From IMG/VR virus record IMGVR_UViG_3300037472_000096, positions 1 through 29,344 of that record: DNA of 29,344 nt; one strand, 5' to 3'. The DNA comes from a virus. Taxonomy: Duplodnaviria > Caudoviricetes. Numbering within the stretch: the first letter of the stretch is position 1; each line of letters starts with the position of its first letter. Below are positions 1 to 9,309 of the stretch, one piece after another. The notes beneath the pieces are model-generated. The model did not search any database. It was given only the letters and a program-made list of their open reading frames with translations, and was not told where the DNA came from. The position numbers and the translations under genes are program-made.

Positions 1-96
1 TCCAGGACTCGCTCCGCTCGCCCTTCCGTTCCATCTCGCAGGTCCGCGAAGGATCAACTCTACACTACATCAAACCAGACAGGCAATCTCCAGGCT

Positions 97-351
97 CTAA
101 ATATTCGCTAACAGTTTGAATCGGCCTCTTATAAAATCATTTCTCAAAAAACCTTTTTTGATCAAGGCGCGGTCCAGTCCCTCCTTGCCAAAAAAAGAAC
201 CATAAATCCCACCTAGATAGTTAAACTGCTCGCTAGGTGTCATTGAACAAAACAGCACTTTATCAAAGCCCCGACTACCAGAATCAAACAGACAATGAGC
301 CTTCCAAAGTTCTTGTAATAATTTGACTAGTTGGTCTTGTGTATTGTCCAT
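97..351 (-). CDS. Putative immunity protein, paralog 3 (84 aa)
   Basis: Shares the motif F-F-G-K...L-x-K-K-G-x-L-R-N-D-F and an N-terminal Q..L.EL..A helix with 359..658 and 783..1103; AT-rich; downstream of the toxin gene on the same strand. Confidence 0.6.
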   Translation of the reverse strand: MDNTQDQLVKLLQELWKAHCLFDSGSRGFDKVLFCSMTPSEQFNYLGGIYGSFFGKEGLDRALIKKGFLRNDFIRGRFKLLANI

Positions 352-358
352 GAGTTCG

Positions 359-658
359 TTACCCCGAAGGAGGTAGATAGCATTTGATTACATGATTGAA
401 TTCCGTATCAAAATCATTACGAAGTAAGCCTTTCTTGAATAAAGCAAAGGCTCGCTCACCTTTTCCGAAGAATGCACCATTGATCCAACCAAGCTTGCCA
501 CGCTGCGTTTCGAATGGCAGACCGAAGAAGCTACCATCCCTGATTCCGGGCAAGCAGTCTAGAATATCTTTGCCTAAATTGGGTCGAAACTCATCGCATT
601 CCGCCGCTTGTATCAGCTCAATCACCATGCTTTGTATCTTTATCTGAATATCATTCAT
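359..658 (-). CDS. Putative immunity protein, paralog 2 (99 aa)
   Basis: MNDIQIKIQSMVIELIQA...DGSFFGLP...AFFGKGERAFALFKKGLLRNDFDTEF aligns by eye with 783..1103; starts 8 nt after the orphan toxin tip. Confidence 0.65.
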   Translation of the reverse strand: MNDIQIKIQSMVIELIQAAECDEFRPNLGKDILDCLPGIRDGSFFGLPFETQRGKLGWINGAFFGKGERAFALFKKGLLRNDFDTEFNHVIKCYLPPSG

Positions 659-666
659 ATGAATGC

Positions 667-780
667 TTAGTTTGGAGAAAGACTATTAACAACTAGAGTA
701 TTCCAATCAATTCCTCCGCCATTGACCACATCATCTTCAATCCACACCTGCCTGCCGCCACCAATGTATTTACAGCCCAT
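667..780 (-). pseudogene. Orphan C-terminal toxin fragment (37 aa, not in ORF track)
   Basis: Manual translation MGCKYIGGGRQVWIEDDVVNGGGIDWNTLVVNSLSPN* matches the end of 1111..6240 (MDGKWVGSGRQVWIEDDVVNDSGIDWANAVVNVLPPG*). Confidence 0.85.
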
Positions 781-782
781 TT

Positions 783-1103
783 TCACTGCAGCCCTTGGGA
801 ATCACGGTATTTTGTGTAAAGATCTCGGAATCTTGTTTCAAAATCCTCAGGAAGAAGCCCCTCAATGAAAAGAGGTATCGCTCTTTCGCCTCTGCCAAAG
901 AAAGCAATTTTAAGACAGAAAAGTGTATTATATTGAATATCTCTTGGCAATCTAAAGAAACGTCCATCTTGTATCTCATTCTTGAGTTCAATGAGGTCTT
1001 CAAAACTTCCCGGAGGGTTTTTCCGCTTTAGTTTAACATAATCAACCTGGGCTTGGATCAGTTCCAATACTATTTTCTGAATTTCTTTCTGTATTGCGTT
1101 CAT
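783..1103 (-). CDS. Putative cognate immunity protein (106 aa)
   Basis: ATG at 1103 lies 7 nt after the toxin stop; MNAIQKEIQKIVLELIQA...DGRFFRLP...AFFGRGERAIPLFIEGLLPEDFETRF; paralogous to the two downstream ORFs. Confidence 0.7.
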   Translation of the reverse strand: MNAIQKEIQKIVLELIQAQVDYVKLKRKNPPGSFEDLIELKNEIQDGRFFRLPRDIQYNTLFCLKIAFFGRGERAIPLFIEGLLPEDFETRFRDLYTKYRDSQGLQ

Positions 1104-1110
1104 TATGAGT

Positions 1111-4100
1111 TTATCCGGGTGGCAAGACATTAACAACAGCATTCGCCCAATCTATTCCAGAGTCATTAACAACATCATCTTCGATCCATACTTGCCTACC
1201 GCTTCCTACCCACTTCCCGTCCATTTTGGCTGCAACGCCAGTGAAGATGTAGCTTCCTGTAGGAATTTCGATCTCAATCCAGCTATCATAATTTGGCTGG
1301 AAAGAATTATACTTTAATGAACCGAGTGCATAATCAGCTTCCGCCTGCGCCTTGCTAATTGGAGCCTCAAGGAGCAGGAAATTACTCTCTTTACGCCCTG
1401 TTAAACCATCAAAGATGCGATATGCTTTTGTTGGTTCTTTAGTTTTATAGCAAATGACAGCCTGATTTGAGAAGGTTGATAACAGTTCATATCCACCTCT
1501 ATTTCCAGGTCCGTGGGCGCTCATCTGCTGGTTGGTTGCGAGCTTACGCATCTTTTCAACGGCAACCGAATCCGTATGATCGGCAAATAGATTCACAACT
1601 TCCAAGTTTCGGGTGATTTCATTATCATCAACATGATTGTTAATCTTTTGCACCGGAAAGTCCGGAAACTTCTTGCACAACCTGTCGATTCCCTCAATGA
1701 GTGTTCCGTCGATCTTATTGATAAACTTGAACGCCCTGGCGGTGGAACTCGGGACTAGAGGAATGAATCCCACCATCGCCATGTAGTCGCCCTGGCGCAC
1801 GTTGTTGATGGTGATGGCGTAGTCCACATACTCGTTGGTGATGCTGACGGCGATCTCGCCGCCTACCGAAAGAGTCGTTTCGACATGCTTCGCGCATTTT
1901 GCGATGTTTTCCACGCAGTGCTTCTTATGAAGAAGGAGACCGTCAATCCCGGTGCCTCCACCGGTCTTTTCCGCAAGCCACTCTTTATATTCCTCCTGCT
2001 GATAGACCCATGCCATCAGAAGTCCCGCAAGCTGCATCTCGTTGCGAATCTGATCCGATGAGAAGAATTTCGTTTCCTCCTTGTCGAGATTCAGGCAGCG
2101 CGATGTCTTGCTGCGCTTGCTGAAATAGGGAATACCCGAATAATCAACTTCCGTGTCTTCGATGTCGACAATTGATCCCAGCCAGACATCGGATCGGGCA
2201 TAAACATAGAGCTCTTGCTGTCCAGACAACTTGTCTTGACCAGTGTATTTACCAAGCAACCATTCGTTGACATTCTGATCGAGTAGATTGACCCAGCTTG
2301 CGATCGCTGACTTCTCGTAAGTCAGTCCTTTGCTACGGAGATAGAGGAGGATGTTGTTACCTCCCGTGAGCTCGTCGCTATCGGCGTAGTCGTCGATGAT
2401 GTAGCCGTATTGGTATCGCAGGTCACTGTTCTCGAAACCGAGAGTTTCTATTTCCAGTTTTCCGGCGATTGCGGCGCCGGGATCTCCGAAGGCGATGCCG
2501 TTGAGAGTTCCGGGCTCGGAGGCGGCGGTTGCGGTCAGGACTTCGCCGTCAATGCTGACGAGCGCGTCGTTGCCAGTGCCGGAGAAGTTGAACTGCAGGG
2601 TGTGAAATTTCCCGTCGATGAGTCCAGAGGGGAACGTCGCCGAAGGAAGTGCGATGGTAGTTCCCTGAACCTTGACTTGCGCGGGGGCCACTTGGCAGGT
2701 CCATGTCCGGGTGCCGTCACCGGCGGCGAGTTGAAATGCGCCGTCAGCACCGTTGGCCGCATCGTGCGTGAGCAGTTTGAAACGCAATGAAACCGCTCGT
2801 GCGCCGCTCAGGTTCCATGGTGCGGTGGCGGAGGTGCTTGCGTAGTAGGCGGTGTCCTCCGCCGTGGTGTCGAGCTTGATGATGCCCGAGGCGCTGACCG
2901 CCCGCGCCGGATCGATTACTGTGTTGACGACGGTCCATGGCGTGGGATTGGATTGGAGGTGATCCGGCAACGACGAGCCGCGCATGGTCCATGAGTTCGG
3001 CTGCGGGGGTCCGGTACCGGGATCAACGTAGGGCTGGTGGGTCTTGGGGACGAAGTCCTCGAAGCCGTTGTGGAATTGGTAGGTTCCGGCTATTTCGAGA
3101 GCCAAGGCGTTCTTTGCTGAGGCTGGAAGATCGCCATCGGTCTGAACGCGATCAAGCTCTTCGGCAAGGGCGGCACCATGGGTTCCATCGGCATCGAATG
3201 TCTGGCTGCGTTGTTCGCGACCCTGCGCCAGATAAAATTGATCGAAGGCTTGAAAGGTGCGCCCCGGCGGCCCGCGTACGAGGAAGGAGCGTTTTAGCGG
3301 TGAGTTATCGAACATGTCGTTCAAATCCGTCATGCCCACCACTTGGCAGCCGCTGGTGGCGAGCGCGTCGCCAAGGGCGGAAAGGTCGGCGTTGGCAGCG
3401 ACGGGATACCAGATGTCGCCTATGCGCCCGGTGACTCCATCGAGCACGGTGTCCTTCTTGCGGTTGGCGGAAAACACGCGCACACCCGCCTTGTCGGGCG
3501 CGGGGAAACGGAAGCTGTCATGGCGTCCGGCGTGGTTGAAGAGTTCCGAATCGCCGAAGCTGAACGCGAGTCCGTTGTAGCCTTCCTCGCATTCGATGTC
3601 CTCCACATCGAAGGAAACGACAGCGTTTTTCCCCTCTTCGGGAAGGGCTTGCCAAGCGTTCTTATAGGGAGTCAACAGTTTCGCCTGCACATCCTCCAGC
3701 GTTTCATCTCCGCGATAGGTGGTGAACGCGGCCTTGATGACCGGATCACCTCCCATCCGGCGGGCCTTGAACGAAAGGACCGGATTCAAGTTGGTCGTCT
3801 CCACAACCTCCGCAGGATCGGGCGAAATCAGTTCGATGCCGGACAGGGGAAGTTCGAGGACGGAAGCCGCGACGCCCGGATAGGAAGTCTCGATAGTTAG
3901 ATCGTCCTCCAGTTCCGAGACGAACAGAGGTTTGTCCGTTGGAATGGCGTCGATTTGCGCGGGAGTGGCGGTTTCTGGCTTGAGGACAGCAAGAAACGGA
4001 TTGGTTCGATACCACCATTCACCAAACGGACCTGGCCAAATGGATTCGAAACCCGGCTGCGAGGATTTAGCACCCACATTTAAAGTGACTTCGGTCGAGT

Positions 4101-6240
4101 CTTCACCGGGAGCGGCGAAAATGACCGGATAGATTGGTCTTTTAGGAACCCTAAGAGGTTCTCCAATGATCGAATATCCACTTCCTTCGTCGCCTTCAAT
4201 GACGAGGGTCTCGTATCCTCGGGCTCCAAGTGCGTTTTCGATGGCGACGGTGATTTCGTTTCGGCCAGGATAGAGTTTGTAGGTATGCCCTTGCAGTCGG
4301 TAAACCCCGGGCTTGTCCCCGGCAACCAAGTCCGCGCTGCGACTGTTGACCCATGCTCGCGGAGTCGTGGACTCCAAAACGTCGGCCAGCGGATCGTATA
4401 CCTTCGCTGAAAGAGTGATCTGACTGCCAGAGATGCTTTTCTGGTAGATTTCAACACCCGGCATTGGCACTTCGCGAGGCACGGCGGATACGCTCTCGAA
4501 TCGATAGTAGGTGTCGCTTCCATCATCAGCGATGACAGGCATTCTCTTCTGCAAACCTGCCGATACGCCTTGGATGAATACTTGGGTCCTCCCACCCTTG
4601 GTGAAGTCCATGGTTGCCAGCTTCCATGGGTCTTGCACCCGGTAAGAGGCGAACCGGGACATGTTCACATTGTTCCAGCCGCCGACTGCCTCGCCACCCT
4701 CGCAGCGGAGTTCCACGAGTCCTTGTCCCGCGTCAGGCCACTCTCCTGTCTGGTAGTCCCGGTCCCATCGCATGACCAGGAAGTGGAAGCTGCGTGAGTA
4801 GCCGGTGGGTGGCGCGGTGTACTCGTATTGGCCGGGGGCCTGCGGGTTGAACCGCACCCAGCGCCAACGCATCGCCTTCATCCTGCGGTCGCCGCACCTT
4901 CCAGTATTTTGCTCCGGCCATGAAAGCCAATCAAAGAGGGGGGACTTATTGGATTTGTAATCTTCACGTATCCATTCAGCGATCGATGCGTCGAGCGCTG
5001 CTGGGTCAAGATCGCCGGGCGGCGCGGCTCTCTGCCATCCGTTTTGATCCTCCTCCCAAGTCCGAGATTTAAAACGGCTCCAGAGTTCCTGGACAGTGAT
5101 GGGATTGGAAAGCTCGGTTCGTATCGTTTCAACCGCTGTTTCGGTGCCGCTGCGCACAACATTATCATCCTTTTTGATCGTCCATGGTCGCGTGGTGGTT
5201 GTGGTGGTGGTCGTGACTGTCGCCGTCGGCGGTGTTGGCGTTTCCGTAGTTTGCGTCGTTCCCCATTCAATTGACTCTCCCTGCCCCAAAACAATTCCAT
5301 GGTTGCTCTGCCAAGCAATTCGTCTGACTCCTTCCACCTTCTGCGGCTGGGCCTCCAGCTCCCCTGTTTCGTTTTGGCAGGTGTCAGTGACACTATAAAC
5401 CGCATCATCAACCGCTTGGTATCTTGGCGAATCCGTGATTGAGTAAGTTTCGGAATAGACTTTGGTCAGGTATCGTTGGCTTTCATCAACCCCGGTCAAT
5501 GCCCTGTGCCAGGGCAACGCCTCCAGAGTATTGTACTCTGACAGCGTCTCGATCATGATTGAATAAATCTCGTTGTCGGGAATGCCGTCTCCATTGCCGT
5601 CCTGCGTATCAGCGAATGGATCGTTGCCAGCCAACAATGCATCTGCGTCGCTGATTCCATCGTTGTTCGTGTCCGAGAAATAAGGACTGCTTCCAATTTG
5701 CCGCTCCTCGGCATCTGTCAATCCGTCGCTGTCCGTGTCCGTGTCCGTGACCGCGACGCGCCAGAAGCATTTCTCGGACTGACTGATGGGAAAACCGTAG
5801 GTGACCCCGCCGCCGGATGCGATGAAGGGATCACCCACCGGCAGCCAGCTTTCCGGTGTGAGATCGGGCGAGTAAAAGAGCGTGTATTGCTTTCCGGCCT
5901 GGGTCGGCCAGGTGACGGTGACGGCTTCCGGGCTGATTAGATAGACCTCGCTGTTTTCGTCCGGTTCGCTCCACACCGGGAGGACGTGACCAGTGACAGG
6001 CTGGATCATGCCGTCGGGGGGATTCGGCGCGAAAGGATTTGTGCCTGCGGCGGCTTCATGCGCGTTGGTCCAGCCGTCGGAATCGTAGTCGGCCTGGGGA
6101 TCGAAGTTTTGGAGAAACAATTCTCCCGCGTTGTATTTTCGTTCCCATAGATCACTGACGCCGTTGCTGTTGGTATCAAGGATCGCGAAGGCAGCGGGTG
6201 TCAGCAGCCAGCACGAAAGAGCAAGAAGCGTGCGCTTCAC
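1111..6240 (-). CDS. Large exported protein with TSP3-like Ca-binding repeats and C-terminal toxin-like domain (putative polymorphic toxin, 1709 aa)
   Basis: Signal peptide MKRTLLALSCWLLTPAAFA; repeats DTNSNGVSD, DYDSDGWTN, DTDSDGLTD, DTNNDGISD, DGNGDGIPD; pre-toxin-like MVGFIPLVP; AT-rich tail with YR..G..F..DYAL..G.AA..GSGRQV resembling TNT-family NAD glycohydrolases. Confidence 0.7.
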   Translation of the reverse strand: MKRTLLALSCWLLTPAAFAILDTNSNGVSDLWERKYNAGELFLQNFDPQADYDSDGWTNAHEAAAGTNPFAPNPPDGMIQPVTGHVLPVWSEPDENSEVYLISPEAVTVTWPTQAGKQYTLFYSPDLTPESWLPVGDPFIASGGGVTYGFPISQSEKCFWRVAVTDTDTDSDGLTDAEERQIGSSPYFSDTNNDGISDADALLAGNDPFADTQDGNGDGIPDNEIYSIMIETLSEYNTLEALPWHRALTGVDESQRYLTKVYSETYSITDSPRYQAVDDAVYSVTDTCQNETGELEAQPQKVEGVRRIAWQSNHGIVLGQGESIEWGTTQTTETPTPPTATVTTTTTTTTRPWTIKKDDNVVRSGTETAVETIRTELSNPITVQELWSRFKSRTWEEDQNGWQRAAPPGDLDPAALDASIAEWIREDYKSNKSPLFDWLSWPEQNTGRCGDRRMKAMRWRWVRFNPQAPGQYEYTAPPTGYSRSFHFLVMRWDRDYQTGEWPDAGQGLVELRCEGGEAVGGWNNVNMSRFASYRVQDPWKLATMDFTKGGRTQVFIQGVSAGLQKRMPVIADDGSDTYYRFESVSAVPREVPMPGVEIYQKSISGSQITLSAKVYDPLADVLESTTPRAWVNSRSADLVAGDKPGVYRLQGHTYKLYPGRNEITVAIENALGARGYETLVIEGDEGSGYSIIGEPLRVPKRPIYPVIFAAPGEDSTEVTLNVGAKSSQPGFESIWPGPFGEWWYRTNPFLAVLKPETATPAQIDAIPTDKPLFVSELEDDLTIETSYPGVAASVLELPLSGIELISPDPAEVVETTNLNPVLSFKARRMGGDPVIKAAFTTYRGDETLEDVQAKLLTPYKNAWQALPEEGKNAVVSFDVEDIECEEGYNGLAFSFGDSELFNHAGRHDSFRFPAPDKAGVRVFSANRKKDTVLDGVTGRIGDIWYPVAANADLSALGDALATSGCQVVGMTDLNDMFDNSPLKRSFLVRGPPGRTFQAFDQFYLAQGREQRSQTFDADGTHGAALAEELDRVQTDGDLPASAKNALALEIAGTYQFHNGFEDFVPKTHQPYVDPGTGPPQPNSWTMRGSSLPDHLQSNPTPWTVVNTVIDPARAVSASGIIKLDTTAEDTAYYASTSATAPWNLSGARAVSLRFKLLTHDAANGADGAFQLAAGDGTRTWTCQVAPAQVKVQGTTIALPSATFPSGLIDGKFHTLQFNFSGTGNDALVSIDGEVLTATAASEPGTLNGIAFGDPGAAIAGKLEIETLGFENSDLRYQYGYIIDDYADSDELTGGNNILLYLRSKGLTYEKSAIASWVNLLDQNVNEWLLGKYTGQDKLSGQQELYVYARSDVWLGSIVDIEDTEVDYSGIPYFSKRSKTSRCLNLDKEETKFFSSDQIRNEMQLAGLLMAWVYQQEEYKEWLAEKTGGGTGIDGLLLHKKHCVENIAKCAKHVETTLSVGGEIAVSITNEYVDYAITINNVRQGDYMAMVGFIPLVPSSTARAFKFINKIDGTLIEGIDRLCKKFPDFPVQKINNHVDDNEITRNLEVVNLFADHTDSVAVEKMRKLATNQQMSAHGPGNRGGYELLSTFSNQAVICYKTKEPTKAYRIFDGLTGRKESNFLLLEAPISKAQAEADYALGSLKYNSFQPNYDSWIEIEIPTGSYIFTGVAAKMDGKWVGSGRQVWIEDDVVNDSGIDWANAVVNVLPPG

Positions 6241-7138
6241 TTGGACTCTCCTTTCTCATTGGCGGCGGGTTTCTCCGTGCGCCAGAAGTTGAGGGTGATG
6301 TCCTTGGGCTGGGGTGGATTGGCCTTGAGGTATTCCTCGCGCTCGATGCGGGCGCGTTCACGACCTTCGTAAGCAGTTCTCAGCTGCGCCAGTTCGCTGT
6401 TGTAGAGGTCATGAAGGGACTGGATGACGACAAGTTCCTCGGCGGTAGGGTTGGCGTCGCCGGTGATTTGGAAGGTGGCCTTGCCCTCGGGGAAATCGGG
6501 AAGGTCCGGGGCGTCGTATTCCCGGCCTTTGGCGGCGTAGAGTTCGGCCATGCGGTCGATGTCCACATTACCCCAGCCCATCAGCGTGTGATGGGTGTCA
6601 CCGGGGTGTCGGCGAAGGAATTGATACCCCCGGCGATCAGGGCGAAGTCGGCGGAAGACCAGAAAGTGATCGTTCCCTTGCCGCCCATCGGCCACCAGCG
6701 GACAAGCGTGCGCGGCGGGCTGTCTTTGGAGCGGAAAACAGTGGCACCGAGAAACAACAGCTCGTTCTTGGGATGGGTTTCGCGGTATTCGGCGAGGCGC
6801 ACGCTGAATTCAGCATCCTGTTCGACGGTAGTGGGTTCCGCTGGCGGCGGAGGAGGTGGCAGGTCGATGGGCTTGATTTCCCGGATCGTGATCGTGCGTC
6901 CGCCCTGCTCGTGGGTGGTGGTGGAGAGAACGTCCCGCGCGGCAACATGAAATTCGGGTTTCGGCGGTGCGGGAGGTGGTGGCGTGCCGTCTGGTATTTC
7001 ACCGAGGATGCGGGCGGTGGTGGGCTCGGTAGCGGGTGCCGTGGTGAGGTCTCCAGATTTTTCGACATCTGCAACCTGCGAACGGACAACGACCGCAGTG
7101 GTCAGCGATGCCATGAACACGAGTGGGAATGTTTTCAT
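6237..7138 (-). pseudogene. Pro-rich exported partner protein of the large toxin gene, split by a 1-nt frameshift near 6603-6606
   Basis: ORF 6581..7138 (signal peptide, poly-Pro tracts, GAGGAGG SD) continues in another frame as 6237..6695 (...SFADT/GDTHHTLMGWG...); adding one base in the C4 run restores one ORF; its stop overlaps the toxin GTG start. Confidence 0.7.
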
Positions 7139-7324
7139 TGGAACTGCCTCCTCATATCCTCTGTCGCAGCACTAGGTCAACTGACCAAATCGGCATTCGC
7201 TTGATCGAACCAAGCAACGACTGGCGGTTTCGGTTCAAACGATAAAGGATGCGCGAAAATTGCGAAAACATGCGAAGTCCGTCAACTTACAGGTACCAGC
7301 TCATGTCTGATAATGTAAGATGAC

Positions 7325-7948
7325 TCAGCCCAACCACATCTCCAAATCCGCCATCGCTGCCCTGACGTTTCCTGCTGCTCCGGCCGCAATCATACGGGTG
7401 GTGGCAATAGGGACAGCCCACCGTCTCGCGAGGAAGGCCGCGAGAACCTCGTTTTCCGGTGGGTGGAGACGGACTGATTGGAACCGGGTTTGGAATCGTT
7501 CGGTTAGACTGCCGAGGTCGAGGTTCGTCGTGCCGAGGAACGCATGGCCGGGTTTCATCCGGTCGAGGTAGGTGAGCAGCATGTCCTGCGCATCCTTCGA
7601 GCAGCGATCTAACTCATTGACGACTTTGACTGACCACGATCCGAAGAGCGATCCATAGGCGAGCGAGCGTGTCCATTCGCGGGCGAGTTCGAGTCCAACT
7701 TCCTTGCCGTTCACATCATCGATGGCGACAGGGTGGTCAGCGAGTGTGCGGGCGACCATGTTCACCAAACTCGTCTTGCCGATGCCGGGAGCGCCGGAAA
7801 TCAGGAGCTTGAGCGGTTGGTCGGGGTTCGTCCGCAGTCGCTCGGCCTTTCGCAAAAGCACTTCAGCCACTTTGCCCGCCTGCCCTATGAAATCCGCAGG
7901 ACAGGACGGAACGAAGCAGGTGGGCACAACCGGTGGCTTACGCGGCAT
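7325..7948 (-). CDS. AAA+ ATPase, clamp-loader/RarA N-terminal-like
   Basis: Walker A GAPGIGKT, Walker B variant VVNELD, SKDAQD, sensor GTTN, FQTRF, GNVRAA. Confidence 0.8.
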   Translation of the reverse strand: MPRKPPVVPTCFVPSCPADFIGQAGKVAEVLLRKAERLRTNPDQPLKLLISGAPGIGKTSLVNMVARTLADHPVAIDDVNGKEVGLELAREWTRSLAYGSLFGSWSVKVVNELDRCSKDAQDMLLTYLDRMKPGHAFLGTTNLDLGSLTERFQTRFQSVRLHPPENEVLAAFLARRWAVPIATTRMIAAGAAGNVRAAMADLEMWLG

Positions 7949-8108
7949 CACTCGCCGCCTTTCCTGCACGGGTGGAGAGGATCAGATCGGCGATGGCCTG
8001 CGCTCCTTTTCGATAGAGCACCACGGCTAACAACTCGCCATCGACATACACGGCCCAATGGCGGGTGCGGTATCCGTCCGGCTTGTGATAGGGTTTGACC
8101 TCGATCAT
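7938..8108 (-). CDS. Small hypothetical protein (56 aa, below ORF-track cutoff)
   Basis: MIEVKPYHKPDGYRTRHWAVYVDGELLAVVLYRKGAQAIADLILSTRAGKAASDAA*; ATGA overlap with the upstream gene and overlap with the AAA start; fills the gap exactly. Confidence 0.7.
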   Translation of the reverse strand: MIEVKPYHKPDGYRTRHWAVYVDGELLAVVLYRKGAQAIADLILSTRAGKAASDAA

Positions 8109-8605
8109 GCTGACCATCCCTCCCTTCTGGCACGTGCGTTCAATTCGCGGACGTTGAGGCCGTATTTCTCTGCGGTCTTGCGCGGATCCCCGTAGCGGCG
8201 GAAGTGGCGTTTCACCAAATTCCAGTCAGGCTCCGGTGGCGTATCCGGTAGAATGGAGAGCGGGTCGAAGCGTGTGGGACGCTCTGGTTGATCCGGCGTG
8301 TGTTCCAACGCGGCGAGGCGGCGGAGGATCGGTTTCAATCGTTCCATCACAAGTGCCTCCACATCAGCGGGCACAGGCGTTTGAATCGGCGCTCCACCGG
8401 CGAGTTCGGCAATCCTGGCGTCCACGATCTCGCGGATCAGATCCACGGGGATTTCGGTGATGGAATACACGACCCCGCTCAGGCTTTCGAGGCCGAGCAG
8501 TTTCTTCATTTCCCGGCGTGCATCGCGGGGGCTGTCCGCTTGGAGACGATCATCAAAGACAATCTCGGTTCCACGGCTGGCTATCAGTTTGTAGGTGCGT
8601 TTCAT
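8105..8605 (-). CDS. Hypothetical phage protein with possible C-terminal HTH
   Basis: Start MKRTYKLIASRG overlaps the upstream stop (ATGA); C-terminal PRKTAEKYGLNVRELNARARREGW is HTH-like. Confidence 0.65.
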   Translation of the reverse strand: MKRTYKLIASRGTEIVFDDRLQADSPRDARREMKKLLGLESLSGVVYSITEIPVDLIREIVDARIAELAGGAPIQTPVPADVEALVMERLKPILRRLAALEHTPDQPERPTRFDPLSILPDTPPEPDWNLVKRHFRRYGDPRKTAEKYGLNVRELNARARREGWSA

Positions 8606-8841
8606 GGTTTTGCTTGGTGTTGAATGGTTAGGGTTGCGAGAACGGCTTCCACATCGGCGAGGCGGAATCTCACGGCTTTGCCGAGTTTGATGTAGGGAAT
8701 GAGTCCACTCATGCGCCACGAGTAGAGCTGACGGCGGCAGATCCGCAGGTAATCCGCCAGTTCCTGCTCGGTGTAGAGGTGCTGGTGATCCTCGCGGGGA
8801 GAGCCGACGAGCATCGGCGAGAATTGGATGGTGGCTTTCAT
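8602..8841 (-). CDS. Excisionase-like helix-turn-helix DNA-binding protein (HTH_17 type)
   Basis: LYTEQELADYLRICRRQLYSWRMSGLIPYIKLGKAVRFRLADV is a typical Xis-like winged HTH. Confidence 0.85.
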   Translation of the reverse strand: MKATIQFSPMLVGSPREDHQHLYTEQELADYLRICRRQLYSWRMSGLIPYIKLGKAVRFRLADVEAVLATLTIQHQAKP

Positions 8842-9278
8842 GGCTGTTCTGCGTTGAAGCATTCTTCCGCCCATTCGCGGGCGGCCTGGGTGATGGTGGT
8901 GACGAACTTCGCTTGGTCGGCCGCCAGCGGGTTTCCGCCAAGTAAGTCATGGAAGCTGTTGAGTGCCGACACCACGGCGGCCTCCAGCAGGATTTCCGGG
9001 TCGTCGAGTTCAAGCGCCGTTTCCCAGTAGCCGATGCGCTCGCGCAGCACCGGGAACTTGTGGGCGTCTGGCAGCGGCATGTTCCGCAACGGGCCGTTCT
9101 GGAAGCTCTTGCGTCCGATCGTCGCGATTGCGGGGATGAAGTCCCGTCCCTTGGCGCTCGCCCACAGCAAGGCATGGGCGTCGATTTCAAGGTCGGGCTG
9201 GAATGTGCGATTCACGGGGTCGCCGATCTGCACATGGTATCTGGTAGTCATGTTCATGGTTTGCATTTGTTGGTTCAT
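8838..9278 (-). CDS. Hypothetical protein
   Basis: 146-aa ORF in the co-directional operon, ATGA-coupled to the HTH gene. Confidence 0.65.
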   Translation of the reverse strand: MNQQMQTMNMTTRYHVQIGDPVNRTFQPDLEIDAHALLWASAKGRDFIPAIATIGRKSFQNGPLRNMPLPDAHKFPVLRERIGYWETALELDDPEILLEAAVVSALNSFHDLLGGNPLAADQAKFVTTITQAAREWAEECFNAEQP

Positions 9279-9309
9279 GGTTTCGTTGGAGAGGGCACAT
9301 GCGGTTGGC

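Noticed and set aside
1-60. Possible REP-like element (CTCGCTCCGCTCGCCC)
   Set aside because: Single truncated copy at the window edge; cannot be supported.
5185-5250. GTG/GTC-rich tract as a tandem DNA repeat or DGR element
   Set aside because: It only encodes a Thr/Pro-rich linker in the large protein; no reverse transcriptase or TR/VR pair was seen.
7139-7324. Prophage attL site
   Set aside because: No tRNA, integrase or matching direct repeat is visible in the window, so it is unresolved whether the toxin locus is prophage cargo or host DNA.
8606-9190. N-terminal extension of the 361-aa ORF 8105..9190
   Set aside because: It overlaps two better genes; the ATG at 8605 coupled to the HTH stop is the plausible start.
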